The position numbers and the translations under genes are program-made. Below, piece by piece: positions 1 to 9,320 of a DNA stretch of 41,088 nucleotides. Under the pieces are notes generated by a model, which searched no databases, was not told where the DNA came from, and saw only the letters and a program-made list of their open reading frames with translations. The DNA is taken from assembly GCA_013416795.1 (NCBI GenBank), contig RQSC01000907.1, forward strand, positions 136,131 to 177,218, in the 5' to 3' direction. Numbering within the stretch: the first letter of the stretch is position 1; each line of letters opens with the position of its first letter. The DNA is from Prasinococcaceae sp. CCMP 1430. Its lineage: Eukaryota > Plantae > Prasinodermophyta.

Positions 1-902
1 CGAGAGCGGCGCGGGCGACGCCGTCGCCGCGCTGCAGGTGCGGCTGCGGCTGCGCGCGCGCGCGCGTGCGCGCTGGGGCAGGAGGTCACGGGGGTGCCCC
101 CATACGGCATACTCCTCCGTCGACGCGCGCCCCTAGCTCATTCCTCGCCCATCCGATGTGCGTGCGCCGCCGTGAAGCGCAAACTCCTGACGGGCGATGC
201 CGTCAATCTGGCGCGATGTCGCGCTGCACGAGCATAGCTCGCCTCCCTGCTCGAGGTCGCGCATGCGGCGCTGGGCCTCACAAAGTCGGGCGTGGTAAAC
301 GCATTCGTGCAATGGTTCGGAAGATCGCATGTGGCGCTCATCGTCATCGGGCAGGTGCGAGCGCTTCGCCACGGGCTGGAGAGCCAGAGTCAATCGCGAG
401 CTTGCTGCCTCTGCGACAGCTCGGACTCCCCTCTCCCTGCCACCTGACGCTCTCCCTGGTCCTCACTCCGCCCATCCCACACCTCCGTGAAACGCAGGTA
501 TCAAATTTTGACTCCTCGGTCGGTGCACACTGGATGGTGAGCGTCATGTACGTGGCGTGGGCGCTCGCCGATCTCGTGAGGTACCCGCACTACGTTGGGG
601 GACTGCTGGGCGCGTCCCCTCGCTGGCTCGAGTGGCTGCGCTACACGCTCTTCATCCCATTGTATCCAATCGGCGTCGCCGGTGAAGTAACCGCCATCTG
701 GCTTGCAATGCCTGCGGTGAAGGCGCACGACCTCTTCAGCATCGCACTCCCAAATGTGTACAACCAGTCGTGGTCGTACTACCGCTTCCTGGCTGTCGGG
801 CTGGCTGTCTTGTACCCGGTACTCTTCTCGAAGCTCTACCTGTACATGTTCAAGCAACGTGCCAAGCGTCTCGGCGGTGGCGCCAAACCCAAGGTGAACT
901 AA
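1..902 (+). CDS. PAS2: Very-long-chain 3-hydroxyacyl-CoA dehydratase (PTPLA/HACD, PASTICCINO2-like), 5' end outside window
   Basis: Spliced join(<1..37,238..354,498..902), both introns phase 0 (GTGCGG..ATAG, GTGCGA..GCAG). Gives ALQ-LASLLEVAHAALGLTKSG..FVQWFGRSH and WALADLVRYPHY..WLRYTLFIPLYPIG..E..YLYMFKQRAKRL, all HACD motifs. Confidence 0.9.
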   Translation, partial: RAARATPSPRCRCGCGCARARVRAGAGGHGGAPIRHTPPSTRAPSSFLAHPMCVRRREAQTPDGRCRQSGAMSRCTSIARLPARGRACGAGPHKVGRGKRIRAMVRKIACGAHRHRAGASASPRAGEPESIASLLPLRQLGLPSPCHLTLSLVLTPPIPHLRETQVSNFDSSVGAHWMVSVMYVAWALADLVRYPHYVGGLLGASPRWLEWLRYTLFIPLYPIGVAGEVTAIWLAMPAVKAHDLFSIALPNVYNQSWSYYRFLAVGLAVLYPVLFSKLYLYMFKQRAKRLGGGAKPKVN

Positions 903-1016
903 TGAAAGATGCGGCGCGCCATTCGGCAGTGCTGAACGTGCTCTTCGTCGCGGCCTGAAATAAGGGTACTGCATGTACATACTGTATGAAGGAGTGAGTG
1001 CCCATGTGCATAGCCG

Positions 1017-3572
1017 CTACAGGTCGAGGTCGTCATCGGCGTCGGAGGAATCAGACGCACTCACGGCGGCGCCCAGCGTAGCCTCACTATTGCTGCCGCC
1101 ATCCATTGCGCTCGTGAGGGCGTCGCTGCCGTCGTCGTCCATGAGCGGGTGCAGGCATCCCATCTGCTCGCCCCGGTCCGCGGTTCCGTCGCCCAGGCCA
1201 CCGCCTGAGAGCGCCAGCCGCCACGAGTCGGTCACGAGGGCGCGCTTGATAGCGAAGTCGGTCTTGCCCCTGGGATGGAGCGCTGGGTACCTGTTCACCT
1301 CCAAAAGCCACACCTTGTAGTCCTCGTCAAGCATGACATCGATGCCGAGCACCTTCGGTATCCACATCCTCGCGTGCATCTTGTACGTGAGCGAACCCAC
1401 GCGCTGTGGGAAGCACCTTCTGCCGGCCTGCGCGCATTTGAGGCACACCGTGCGCAGCTCAGCCCACATGGTGTCGAAGCTGCGTCCGACAGTCGAGCAG
1501 TGAGCCCTGAGTGGATCAAGAGTGCGCGAAAAGCCCGGGCGCTTCGAGGCCTTGACGGCGTCCATCACGGCCTCGCGCATCGCCTGCGATACGTCATTGG
1601 CGAACCCGATGGGCTCCTCCTCCTCTTCGAAACTGCTGTCCGCCGTGGGCGCCACAAGTTGCTCAAAGAGCTCATGGTCTTCGTCGGATGCCTTCACGTT
1701 GAGCTGTTGGTTGGTCAGGTGCCGCATCCTGTCACTCGCGAGATCCTCGGCGGTGACGTCGCTGCCGTAGTCACGCGCACAGAACAGCAGCTGGCCCTCG
1801 TTGCAAATCCACGCGCGCGCTGGCCATCCCAGCACCACGACGTACATGCGGACTGAGAACTTGCGCCCAGCCAGCAGGAGCGGCCGCTCGATATACCTCT
1901 GCACCAACGCCTCCTTCGAACCATTGCTAGGCGCAAGCGCGGCCTCGTTGACGCTTTCGCTGGTCAAGATCCGCATGCCGTAGCCGCCCGAGCTCGCGCT
2001 GTCCTTGACGATCCACATGGATCCAGGCTGCGCCCTGGCGGCAATCAGGGCCGCGCGCGACTCCCGCGGCAGCGCGTACGACTCCGGCCAGTACGAGGCA
2101 GACTCTGGATCAGCATCCAGCAGCGAGTGCAAGCCCACCTTGGTGCCCACGAAGCGCCATTGCGGTGCATCGAAGCGCCAGTTGAGTTGCAGCAAGTCGT
2201 CCCGGTATCGTTTTGGGTACTTCGCGAGGATGCGTGCGAGCGTCTCAACGCTCCGCTTGCACATCTCCGCGTCATTCTCCACGCACGAGCGCGCGTTCAG
2301 GTACTGGAAAAGGCTATTTCCACCTGCGTCTGAACAGCACCTGAGAAAGTAACTCTGCGGCTCTGCCGTGTATCCCTGCATCTGCAGCACATAGCCCAGG
2401 ATAAGCGCGCATGTGGGGTCCTCGACGGCCTTGCGGAACTTGCCCTCCGGCCCGCCCGCCAGCGCCATCCGAAGGAGCCTCACAGCGTCGCCGAGTTTGC
2501 CCTGCTTGATGAGGAGCAGCGCAAGAGACGTGTTGGTCGACACGAAGTCTGGCGCGATGCGCTGCGCACGTCGGTAGATGGTCTCAGCCTTGCCGTCCTC
2601 GCCCATGGCCTCGAGCGCACCACCGAGGGCGATGTACGGCGGCATGTACTCGAAAGCCGTGGACATTGCGCGTCGGAAGGCCTCACACGCTTCTGCCAAA
2701 CGACCCTGCTGCTGCAGAGTCATACCGAGGCCATGCGCTGCCTGGTAAGTGCTGCCGTCCGCTGCGAGGCAGCTGCGGAACGCCGCCTCGGCGCCGGCGA
2801 CATCCCGGCGAGCGAGAAGCATCTCCCCATTCTTGAGGGCTTCAGTGGCCTCAGGCGGGCGTTCGCGCTCCTCGGCCTTGCTCGTGAGCTCCGCCACCTG
2901 CCGCTCCGACCCCGCGTCCGTCGCCTTCGCCGCGTCCGCTTCAAACTCCTTCCACAGGTCTTTGAGAACATCCGCCACGGCGGCAGCGGTGCGTGTGGCG
3001 ATCAGTCGCGCAGACACGGTCGGATCGTCAGGGGCGCGCTCAGAAGCAGCATCGAACGCCCGGCACGCGCCCCCGTACGCGCTCGCGCTCGCCTCGGCCG
3101 ACTCGAGGCGCTTGCGTACACCCTCGAGGCCTTGATCGGGGTCTGAGATAACATCTATCGCCGCGTTGTGGTCATAGTGAGCGCCGCCGGCGTCCTTTTG
3201 CGTGGCCGCGCCCGAAGCCGCGAGAGCCTCGCCGAGACGGAAGTGCGCTTTGGCCCACCCGGGGTCGTCGCTGACAGCGCACCGCGCCCACTTCTCGGCG
3301 TCCCCGGCGTTACCCGCCGCAAGTGCCGCCGCCGAAGCGTTCGATGCCAGCGATGCGACCTCTCGCCCGCCCGCTGCCGCCCCTTCCGCGTCCCCACCAC
3401 CACCACCACCACCACCAAGCAGCGCGTCGCGCGCGGCCGCGAAGAGGCGCGCGGCCAACGCATAGTCGCGCTCGCGGAACGCGGCGGCGGCCGCCGCCTT
3501 GAGCGCCGCGGCGTCGGTGTGGGCCACTTCCGGCGAGGCGGTGAGCTCGTGCGGTACTACCGCCACCGCCAT
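1017..3572 (-). CDS. TPR-repeat protein with C-terminal tubulin-tyrosine ligase-like (ATP-grasp) domain
   Basis: 851 aa single ORF. TPR helices (AAFRERDYALAARLF, WAKAHFRLGEAL, AHGLGMTLQQQGRLAEA) followed by TTL motifs WIVK..SSGGYGMRI, VQRYIERPLLLAGRKFSVRMYVVV and LGIDVMLDEDYKVWLLEVN..P. Confidence 0.88.
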   Translation of the reverse strand: MAVAVVPHELTASPEVAHTDAAALKAAAAAAFRERDYALAARLFAAARDALLGGGGGGGGDAEGAAAGGREVASLASNASAAALAAGNAGDAEKWARCAVSDDPGWAKAHFRLGEALAASGAATQKDAGGAHYDHNAAIDVISDPDQGLEGVRKRLESAEASASAYGGACRAFDAASERAPDDPTVSARLIATRTAAAVADVLKDLWKEFEADAAKATDAGSERQVAELTSKAEERERPPEATEALKNGEMLLARRDVAGAEAAFRSCLAADGSTYQAAHGLGMTLQQQGRLAEACEAFRRAMSTAFEYMPPYIALGGALEAMGEDGKAETIYRRAQRIAPDFVSTNTSLALLLIKQGKLGDAVRLLRMALAGGPEGKFRKAVEDPTCALILGYVLQMQGYTAEPQSYFLRCCSDAGGNSLFQYLNARSCVENDAEMCKRSVETLARILAKYPKRYRDDLLQLNWRFDAPQWRFVGTKVGLHSLLDADPESASYWPESYALPRESRAALIAARAQPGSMWIVKDSASSGGYGMRILTSESVNEAALAPSNGSKEALVQRYIERPLLLAGRKFSVRMYVVVLGWPARAWICNEGQLLFCARDYGSDVTAEDLASDRMRHLTNQQLNVKASDEDHELFEQLVAPTADSSFEEEEEPIGFANDVSQAMREAVMDAVKASKRPGFSRTLDPLRAHCSTVGRSFDTMWAELRTVCLKCAQAGRRCFPQRVGSLTYKMHARMWIPKVLGIDVMLDEDYKVWLLEVNRYPALHPRGKTDFAIKRALVTDSWRLALSGGGLGDGTADRGEQMGCLHPLMDDDGSDALTSAMDGGSNSEATLGAAVSASDSSDADDDLDL

Positions 3573-4005
3573 CGCCGCGCGGCCGCTACCGCGGCGGCGG
3601 CAGCAGCGGCGGCACCTGCACCACCAGCACGCGAACGCGCGCCGTGTGGTAGCGCTGGCGGCCGGCAGCGAGCCGTTTTTTTGGTCCGTGCCTCTTCATG
3701 CGGACGAGGACGCAGCCCTGGTTTCCGCCACCGCGGCGGCGTTGGCCGGCAGCCGGCGCCACTGTGCGCCGCGGGCGTGGGCGCGGGCGTGGGGGCGGGC
3801 GTCTCAGACCGGCGTCAGCGCACACCGGGCGCGATGGGCGCGCCCGCGGCGGGGGTAGGCGCGCGCGCCGCCGAGCGCCACTCCTCATCGCCGAGCTTGT
3901 CACCGGCACAACGAGGCGCTGGCGGGCGGCGCGGTCGCGCTTGGCGGGGCGCGCGCGCGCAGCCCTGAGGGCTTCGCGAGCGCGTGCACCAGCGGTGGCG
4001 GTGCC

Positions 4006-4929
4006 GTGCTGCTTGCGCTCAACGCGGCGGGCGGGGAGGTCGTTCGCTTCGACAGGGACGTGAGCGCGGGCGAGACGCGCATGACGCGCTGGAAAGTGCC
4101 CGGCGGTGAGCGTGCCGGCTGCATCGTGCCGCGGGCCAAAGGGGGCGTGCTGCTGGGGCTGGCTGGCGGAGGCATCGTGTCTGCCGCTCTCCCCGAGGGC
4201 GGGGGCGAGGCTGTACTTGACGAGGTTCAGGTATGCGATGTGTTAGGTGACGTGTCGGGGCAGGACCCCGAGAAGCTGCAAGCCGCGAAGGTGCGGCGCG
4301 CTGGCCTGGAGCTCTGCGCCGCGCGGGCGGATAGCGCCGGCAGGCTGTGGGTCGGCTCACGGCCGCGGTGTGACCCCGGAGCTTCCGCCGGAGGCGCAGA
4401 GCTCTTCTGCGTGGAGGGTGCTTGGCGGATGCGCCAGGGCGAGCTCACGCCAACAGCGGTGTCGAACGTGGTCCATGAGGTAGGGAACGATCTGCTGTGT
4501 GATCACGGCGTCGCGTGGTCGCCCTGCGGCGCCACCATGTACTTCGTGGACGCGGCCAGCGCAGAGGTTTGCGCCTTTCCACATGACGCCCGCACGGGCG
4601 TGCTCGGCGAGCGCCGCGTCGTTGCACGCGTCACCGGCGAAGGTGAGGCACCGCGCGGACTGGCAGTGGACGTGAACGGGGGTATATGGACCGCTGTGCA
4701 TGGCGGGAGCCGCGTGGTGTGCCTCGACGCCGAGTCCGGCGAGGTGCGCAAGGAGGTAACGCTGCCCGCCAAGCGACCGACAGGAGTGTGCTTTGGCGGA
4801 GAGGGCATGGCGTGGCTGTTCGTCACGACGGAAAAAGCTTCCGGCGGCGATGACGACGCAGGCGGTGCCATGCTGGCGCTCGAGGTGGGTGCTGTGGGCA
4901 CTGCCGTCAATGCCTGTCAGCTAGGATGA
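4006..4929 (+). CDS. SMP-30/gluconolactonase/regucalcin family beta-propeller protein; start uncertain
   Basis: Motifs DSAGRLWVG, DHGVAWSPCGATMYFVDA, PRGLAVDVNGGIWTA, VTLPAKRPTGVCFGGEGMAWLFVTT. Frame is open from 3859 with no ATG before the domain, so an upstream exon is likely (candidate ATGGGC at ~3834 followed by GTAGGC). Confidence 0.8.
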   Translation: MLLALNAAGGEVVRFDRDVSAGETRMTRWKVPGGERAGCIVPRAKGGVLLGLAGGGIVSAALPEGGGEAVLDEVQVCDVLGDVSGQDPEKLQAAKVRRAGLELCAARADSAGRLWVGSRPRCDPGASAGGAELFCVEGAWRMRQGELTPTAVSNVVHEVGNDLLCDHGVAWSPCGATMYFVDAASAEVCAFPHDARTGVLGERRVVARVTGEGEAPRGLAVDVNGGIWTAVHGGSRVVCLDAESGEVRKEVTLPAKRPTGVCFGGEGMAWLFVTTEKASGGDDDAGGAMLALEVGAVGTAVNACQLG

Positions 4930-5356
4930 CATCAGCAAGACGTAAAAAAAAGCTTGAGTCTTGCATGCAGTGGCGAGCGGCTCTCTCTAGCTAGCGCCGT
5001 TGCGTGCCATTGAGGGTGCTCTCGTGCTGCAAATGCCTACGGCAGTGAAAAGGCCTCGCTCTGCTTTTGCATGAGATGGGCACCGGCATTCCTGGGAACG
5101 TATCTGGTTGTCATTTGATGGCTTCGAAAACGGCGTCATTCGCGTGCTTTTGTGGTAGGGCACTGTTGCCCTCCGTGCGTAGTAGCTGTAAGATTGATGC
5201 GTGGTGCATGCGCAGCCATTACCAAGGGCACGTGCCCTGTTGTGGCTTGGGGCAGTGCTCGCATGCGTCGGAGAGGGACGTCCGTAGATTGTAGTGACTC
5301 ACACCCCACTGTTTGCAATGGACGGACGGGTTGAGACCTCCCTCGATAGGGATGAG

Positions 5357-5764
5357 TCAGGTGACCATCGGCGTGGCTGGCGCGATGCCCTCCTCGTGAC
5401 TCTCTCCATCATGCCCAGATGGCTGCTGATGCATAGGCATCGGCCGCTGCGTGAGGACCATCCTCTCCTCAACCGCCTCCGCGCGATCCTGATAGCGCGT
5501 TTCTTCGACGACGCCGGTGACATTGTTTTGGAGCAACGAACCCACGTGCTCCATCAACTCTGCCTTGCGCCACGCGGCGCTTTGCACCTGCTTCACACCC
5601 TCCTCCTCGAGCGCACACGCATAATTCATGCATCCAATGACCCACTCCAGGGAAGAGAGACTCCTCGACAGCTTCTCCTGGTACTCATCGGCCCTCAGCT
5701 TCATGATCGCAAGCTCCGCGCCCACACCCGGGGCGCCGCCGTCGGCCCATCCCTCTCCCTCCAT
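5357..5764 (-). CDS. Hypothetical small coiled-coil-like protein (~135 aa)
   Basis: ATG 5764 to TGA 5357, E/K/L-rich helical sequence with gene-like codon usage; no family recognised. Confidence 0.45.
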   Translation of the reverse strand: MEGEGWADGGAPGVGAELAIMKLRADEYQEKLSRSLSSLEWVIGCMNYACALEEEGVKQVQSAAWRKAELMEHVGSLLQNNVTGVVEETRYQDRAEAVEERMVLTQRPMPMHQQPSGHDGESHEEGIAPATPMVT

Positions 5765-6511
5765 AGCCGCAGGCGTCGCCGAGCGTCGGCGTCGCGAGAG
5801 CGCAAGAATGCCAGCGCGCAGGCGGGCCGGCGTCGCGCGACAATGGCGGCGGGACGGGGCACGGAGCACGCGCGGTGTGGTCCGTGCGCGCAACACCCCC
5901 GCCGCTCGTGTTTTGTCTGGCATTCTTCAAGAGCTTATTGAACCCTGGAAAAAGAGCATACCTCAAATTGCGCGTACGAATACTGCATGTAACCGAAACT
6001 CAACAGGCGCTGCGCAGCGTCGTTCCCCCGCGGCCAGCGTGCGCGCGGAACGCGCCGGTTCGGCTTCCGCCCTCACGCCAGGCGCGCCCCCGGCGCCGAC
6101 CGCGCCAGCCAGACCTGAGGGCAGATTGGGGAGCTGCACAGGATCAGCCGCGGGGCACGACGAGCGTGACGTCGACCTCCAGGGTCTCTCCCTGGTCGAG
6201 GGGTCATTCAGAGGGGACGTGCGCGGACAGTCACACGAACGTACAATCTCACCCGTGAGGCCTCAGTGGTTCACCCTCTGTTCGGAGTGTTGACTCTCTA
6301 CGTGCCGCCGAACGGCAGGACGAACAGGCGCGGCGCAGCGCCGGCGCGGCGTTTGAGCCACTGCCGCTCCGCGCGCCACGCCGCGCGCAGCGCGGAGGGC
6401 GGAATCTTGCCCGGCCTCGCGGCAGCCCAACTGGCGCCCCTGGACACCCCCAAAACCATCCCCCACCACCCCCGCCAGCGATCAGGCGCCCCCCCCCCGC
6501 GAGCGGCCGCG

Positions 6512-8251
6512 ATGCAGTACGGGCCCACGCCACCGCCTCCTCAATCAGCGCTGGAGGAGATCGACGGCGACAACGAAGGGGCACTGGCGGGCAACGCGAC
6601 GGGGGGAGCGGCACACAAGGAGCGCCTGACGCCCCTCGAGTTCCGCCGAGCGGCACACCGCACGCTCGCGTCGGCGGGCCGCAGCCGCAGGGCAGGCAAC
6701 GCCGCGTTCAAGGACGGCGAGCTAAAGCGCGCTGAGCAACTCTATGTCGAGGCCATGGAGTCGCTGCTTGGCCTGCTCGAAGTCCCTGTCTTCAAGCGGA
6801 GAGGCGCATGCGGCTTCGGGGACGTCGCAGCGAAAACGCATGGCCTGTGTCACACCACACTCAGCAACCTGGCTGCAGTCGCGCTCAAGCAAGAGCGCTG
6901 GGCAGATGCGGCCAGCCTCGCCGAAGAGGCCGGCATCAAGCACGCGGGCAAGTGCGAGGGCAGCGCCAGCCCGGGAGCAGTTGCGAAGTGCTGGTGGCGG
7001 GCGGCTACGGCGAGGCACGCCATGGCCGACTACAAGAGTGCTGCCTTGGCGGTGCAGGCGGGCCTGTGCGCCGCGCCTGGCGATGCCGCTCTGGATGCGC
7101 TACGGTGCAAAGTCGCCGCGGCGGAAAAGAGGGAGCGCGTGGCGACCAAAAAGCGATACGGGAGGCTCTTTGAGACCGCTGTCTATGCCGAGCACGCCGA
7201 GCGCACGCAACGCGAGGCCGCAGCTGCGGAGCGAGCCACTGCACGTGCAAGGCGACGAGAGATAGCGGACGAGACACTGCGCAATGCCGAGGTAGCCGTA
7301 GAGGCTCTGCGCGACAAAGAGCGAAGCGCGAAGAGAACGGGCGCCTTGACAGACGGCAAGCTCGATCGCCGCGACTTGAATGCTGGCCGCAGCGGCACCC
7401 CGGTGGCGGACAGTCGCGCGACTCGCGCTGACGGCAACGGTCACGCCAGCGACGGCGTGGGTGAGCACGTCGACCCAGCAAATGCGAGCGTGATGGCGCA
7501 GGTCGAACGCGCAATGGAGAAGATCGAAGGCTGGGTGGTCGATGAGACGTCAGCTTCGCCGGAGGACGTGGAGCGCTGGAGGAACGGCGTACTCGCTGAC
7601 GTGCTTGAGCCGGGTGTAGAGAAGCGGCGCGCCCAGAAAGAAGCCAGGGTGCTGGACGCCGTCATTCATGTCAACGCCAAGGTGAAGAACAATGAGGATC
7701 TTACCGAGGAGGACAGGCGCATCGTGCGCGACTTCCGCCGCAGCGAGATTGCTCGACTGGAGGCGAAGCTTGACAGCAAAGACGGACTCACGGAGGAGGA
7801 AAGTGGGCAGCTGCATGCAGGTGAGAGCAAAAGAATAGACCCGCGTCTCGCGAGGGTCATGAGCGCCGTCTGTGTGCATGGACAAGCAGGCTGACAGGGC
7901 GCCCATGGTGTGTGCTATGCGCCGCTCTGCACGTGGAACGCGTGCGTCCTAGCCCGTGGGGCCGAAAAGGAGGAGGCGAGGATGGAGTCAGAGGTGGCCG
8001 AGAGAACGCGCCGCATGGAGGACCTCAGCGCCCGCATTTTGGGCGGCGGATACGTGGGGCCGCGCGAGCGCTACTTTCTGTGGAAGGAAATAGAGGAAGA
8101 GGTCCGCCAGTTGCAATCCATAGACGACGATCGGGGCCTAACGCACTCCGAATACAGGGCGTACAAGCAAATGAAGGAGCTCCTGGACGAGCGCCAGGAG
8201 AAGCGCGACGAAAGAGCGCGGCAGCGCGCGCTGGCAAAGACCACCACGTAG
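6512..8251 (+). CDS. TPR-domain protein (FKBP/co-chaperone-type TPR) with long charged coiled-coil C-terminus
   Basis: join(6512..7820,7953..8251); phase-1 intron GTGAGA..CCTAG with GCTGAC branch. TPR motifs AGNAAFKDGELKRAEQLY, LSNLAAVALKQERW, KCWWRAATARHAMADY. Confidence 0.75.
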
Positions 8252-9320
8252 CGCAACGTAGCTATTCAACTGGAATTATTTTGTGTTGGACTAGTCGCAT
8301 GTGTACGTGTATGCATTCCCGCCTGCACCACTCATTCGGGGAGGCGGGTCTGGCAGTGTGTACGCTTGCTCGGTGGTTCCTTGTTTGACGGAGGATGGAT
8401 GGCGCTGGCTGGCGCTGCGCGGGAGCCACCCCTGCGCAATCAATCGGATTCGGGATTCGAGTTCCTGTTCGGAACCGCACTTCGCTCGGCCCGCCCTTGT
8501 TTCAAGTCGTGTGGCTGGGTTTGTTGATGATTGACCCGACCGACCGACCGAATCGACCGACCGACCGAATGACGCTAGGGAGATCTGCTGGCTGGCGGCG
8601 GCGCGTGTCCTTTCGAGTGCTCGGTCGGTCGGTGGGCAGGCTCGGCCCGACGGCACGCGCGCGCGAGCCCCCGCTGCGGATCCGGATCTGCCGCGGCCTG
8701 CGACGCCGACGCCGCGCGCCGCGCTCGCCTGGAAACGGGAACTGGGAAAAGCGGGCCAACCCTAAAACCGCGCCTTTTCGCGCGTTCGCGACGCGAAACC
8801 GCCCGCCCGCCGGGCGCGCGGCGGGTGCGTTTTGGCCCGCGGGCCGCGTCGAGGGAAAACGCGGGGACGCCGCGCGGAATGGCGGAGCGGAAAGTACGCG
8901 GGGACGGGCCGGAACAGGCGGCGCCGCGCGNACGGGCGGGGCGAGGAGTCGCTCAAGGTGGACATCACCACGAGCTCGGTCTTCACGCGCGTGATGACGC
9001 GCTCGTTGACCTCCATGCACAAGGTCTTCGCCATGGTGTTCGCCACGGGCGGGTGCAGCGAGCGCGGCGGCACGGGCGCAGGCGACGAGAGCGCACGGGC
9101 CCGCCGGGTGCACTTGGGCCAGGGCGCTCGGCAGGCGGGGCCCCACGGGCGACGCGAGCGCCGCGTGCGCGCTGAGGGAAAGGATGGGGCGAGAGGAAGG
9201 CGGCTGACGCGCGCGCTCGCCGCCCGCGCCGCCCGTGTGGCCTCTCCCGGCCTTGGACCTGCTGCCACGCGCGCGCGCTCGTTGCACCGCGCCGCGCGTG
9301 CGCCCCTCCGCAACGCACAG

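Noticed and set aside
8450-8475. GGATTCGAGTTCC as a tRNA T-arm
   Set aside because: No cloverleaf or A-box around it.
8932-9034. MAKTLCMEVNERVITRVKTEL as a ubiquitin-like domain
   Set aside because: Only a loose pattern match to KTITLEV..TIENVKAKI with a gap; too short to support.
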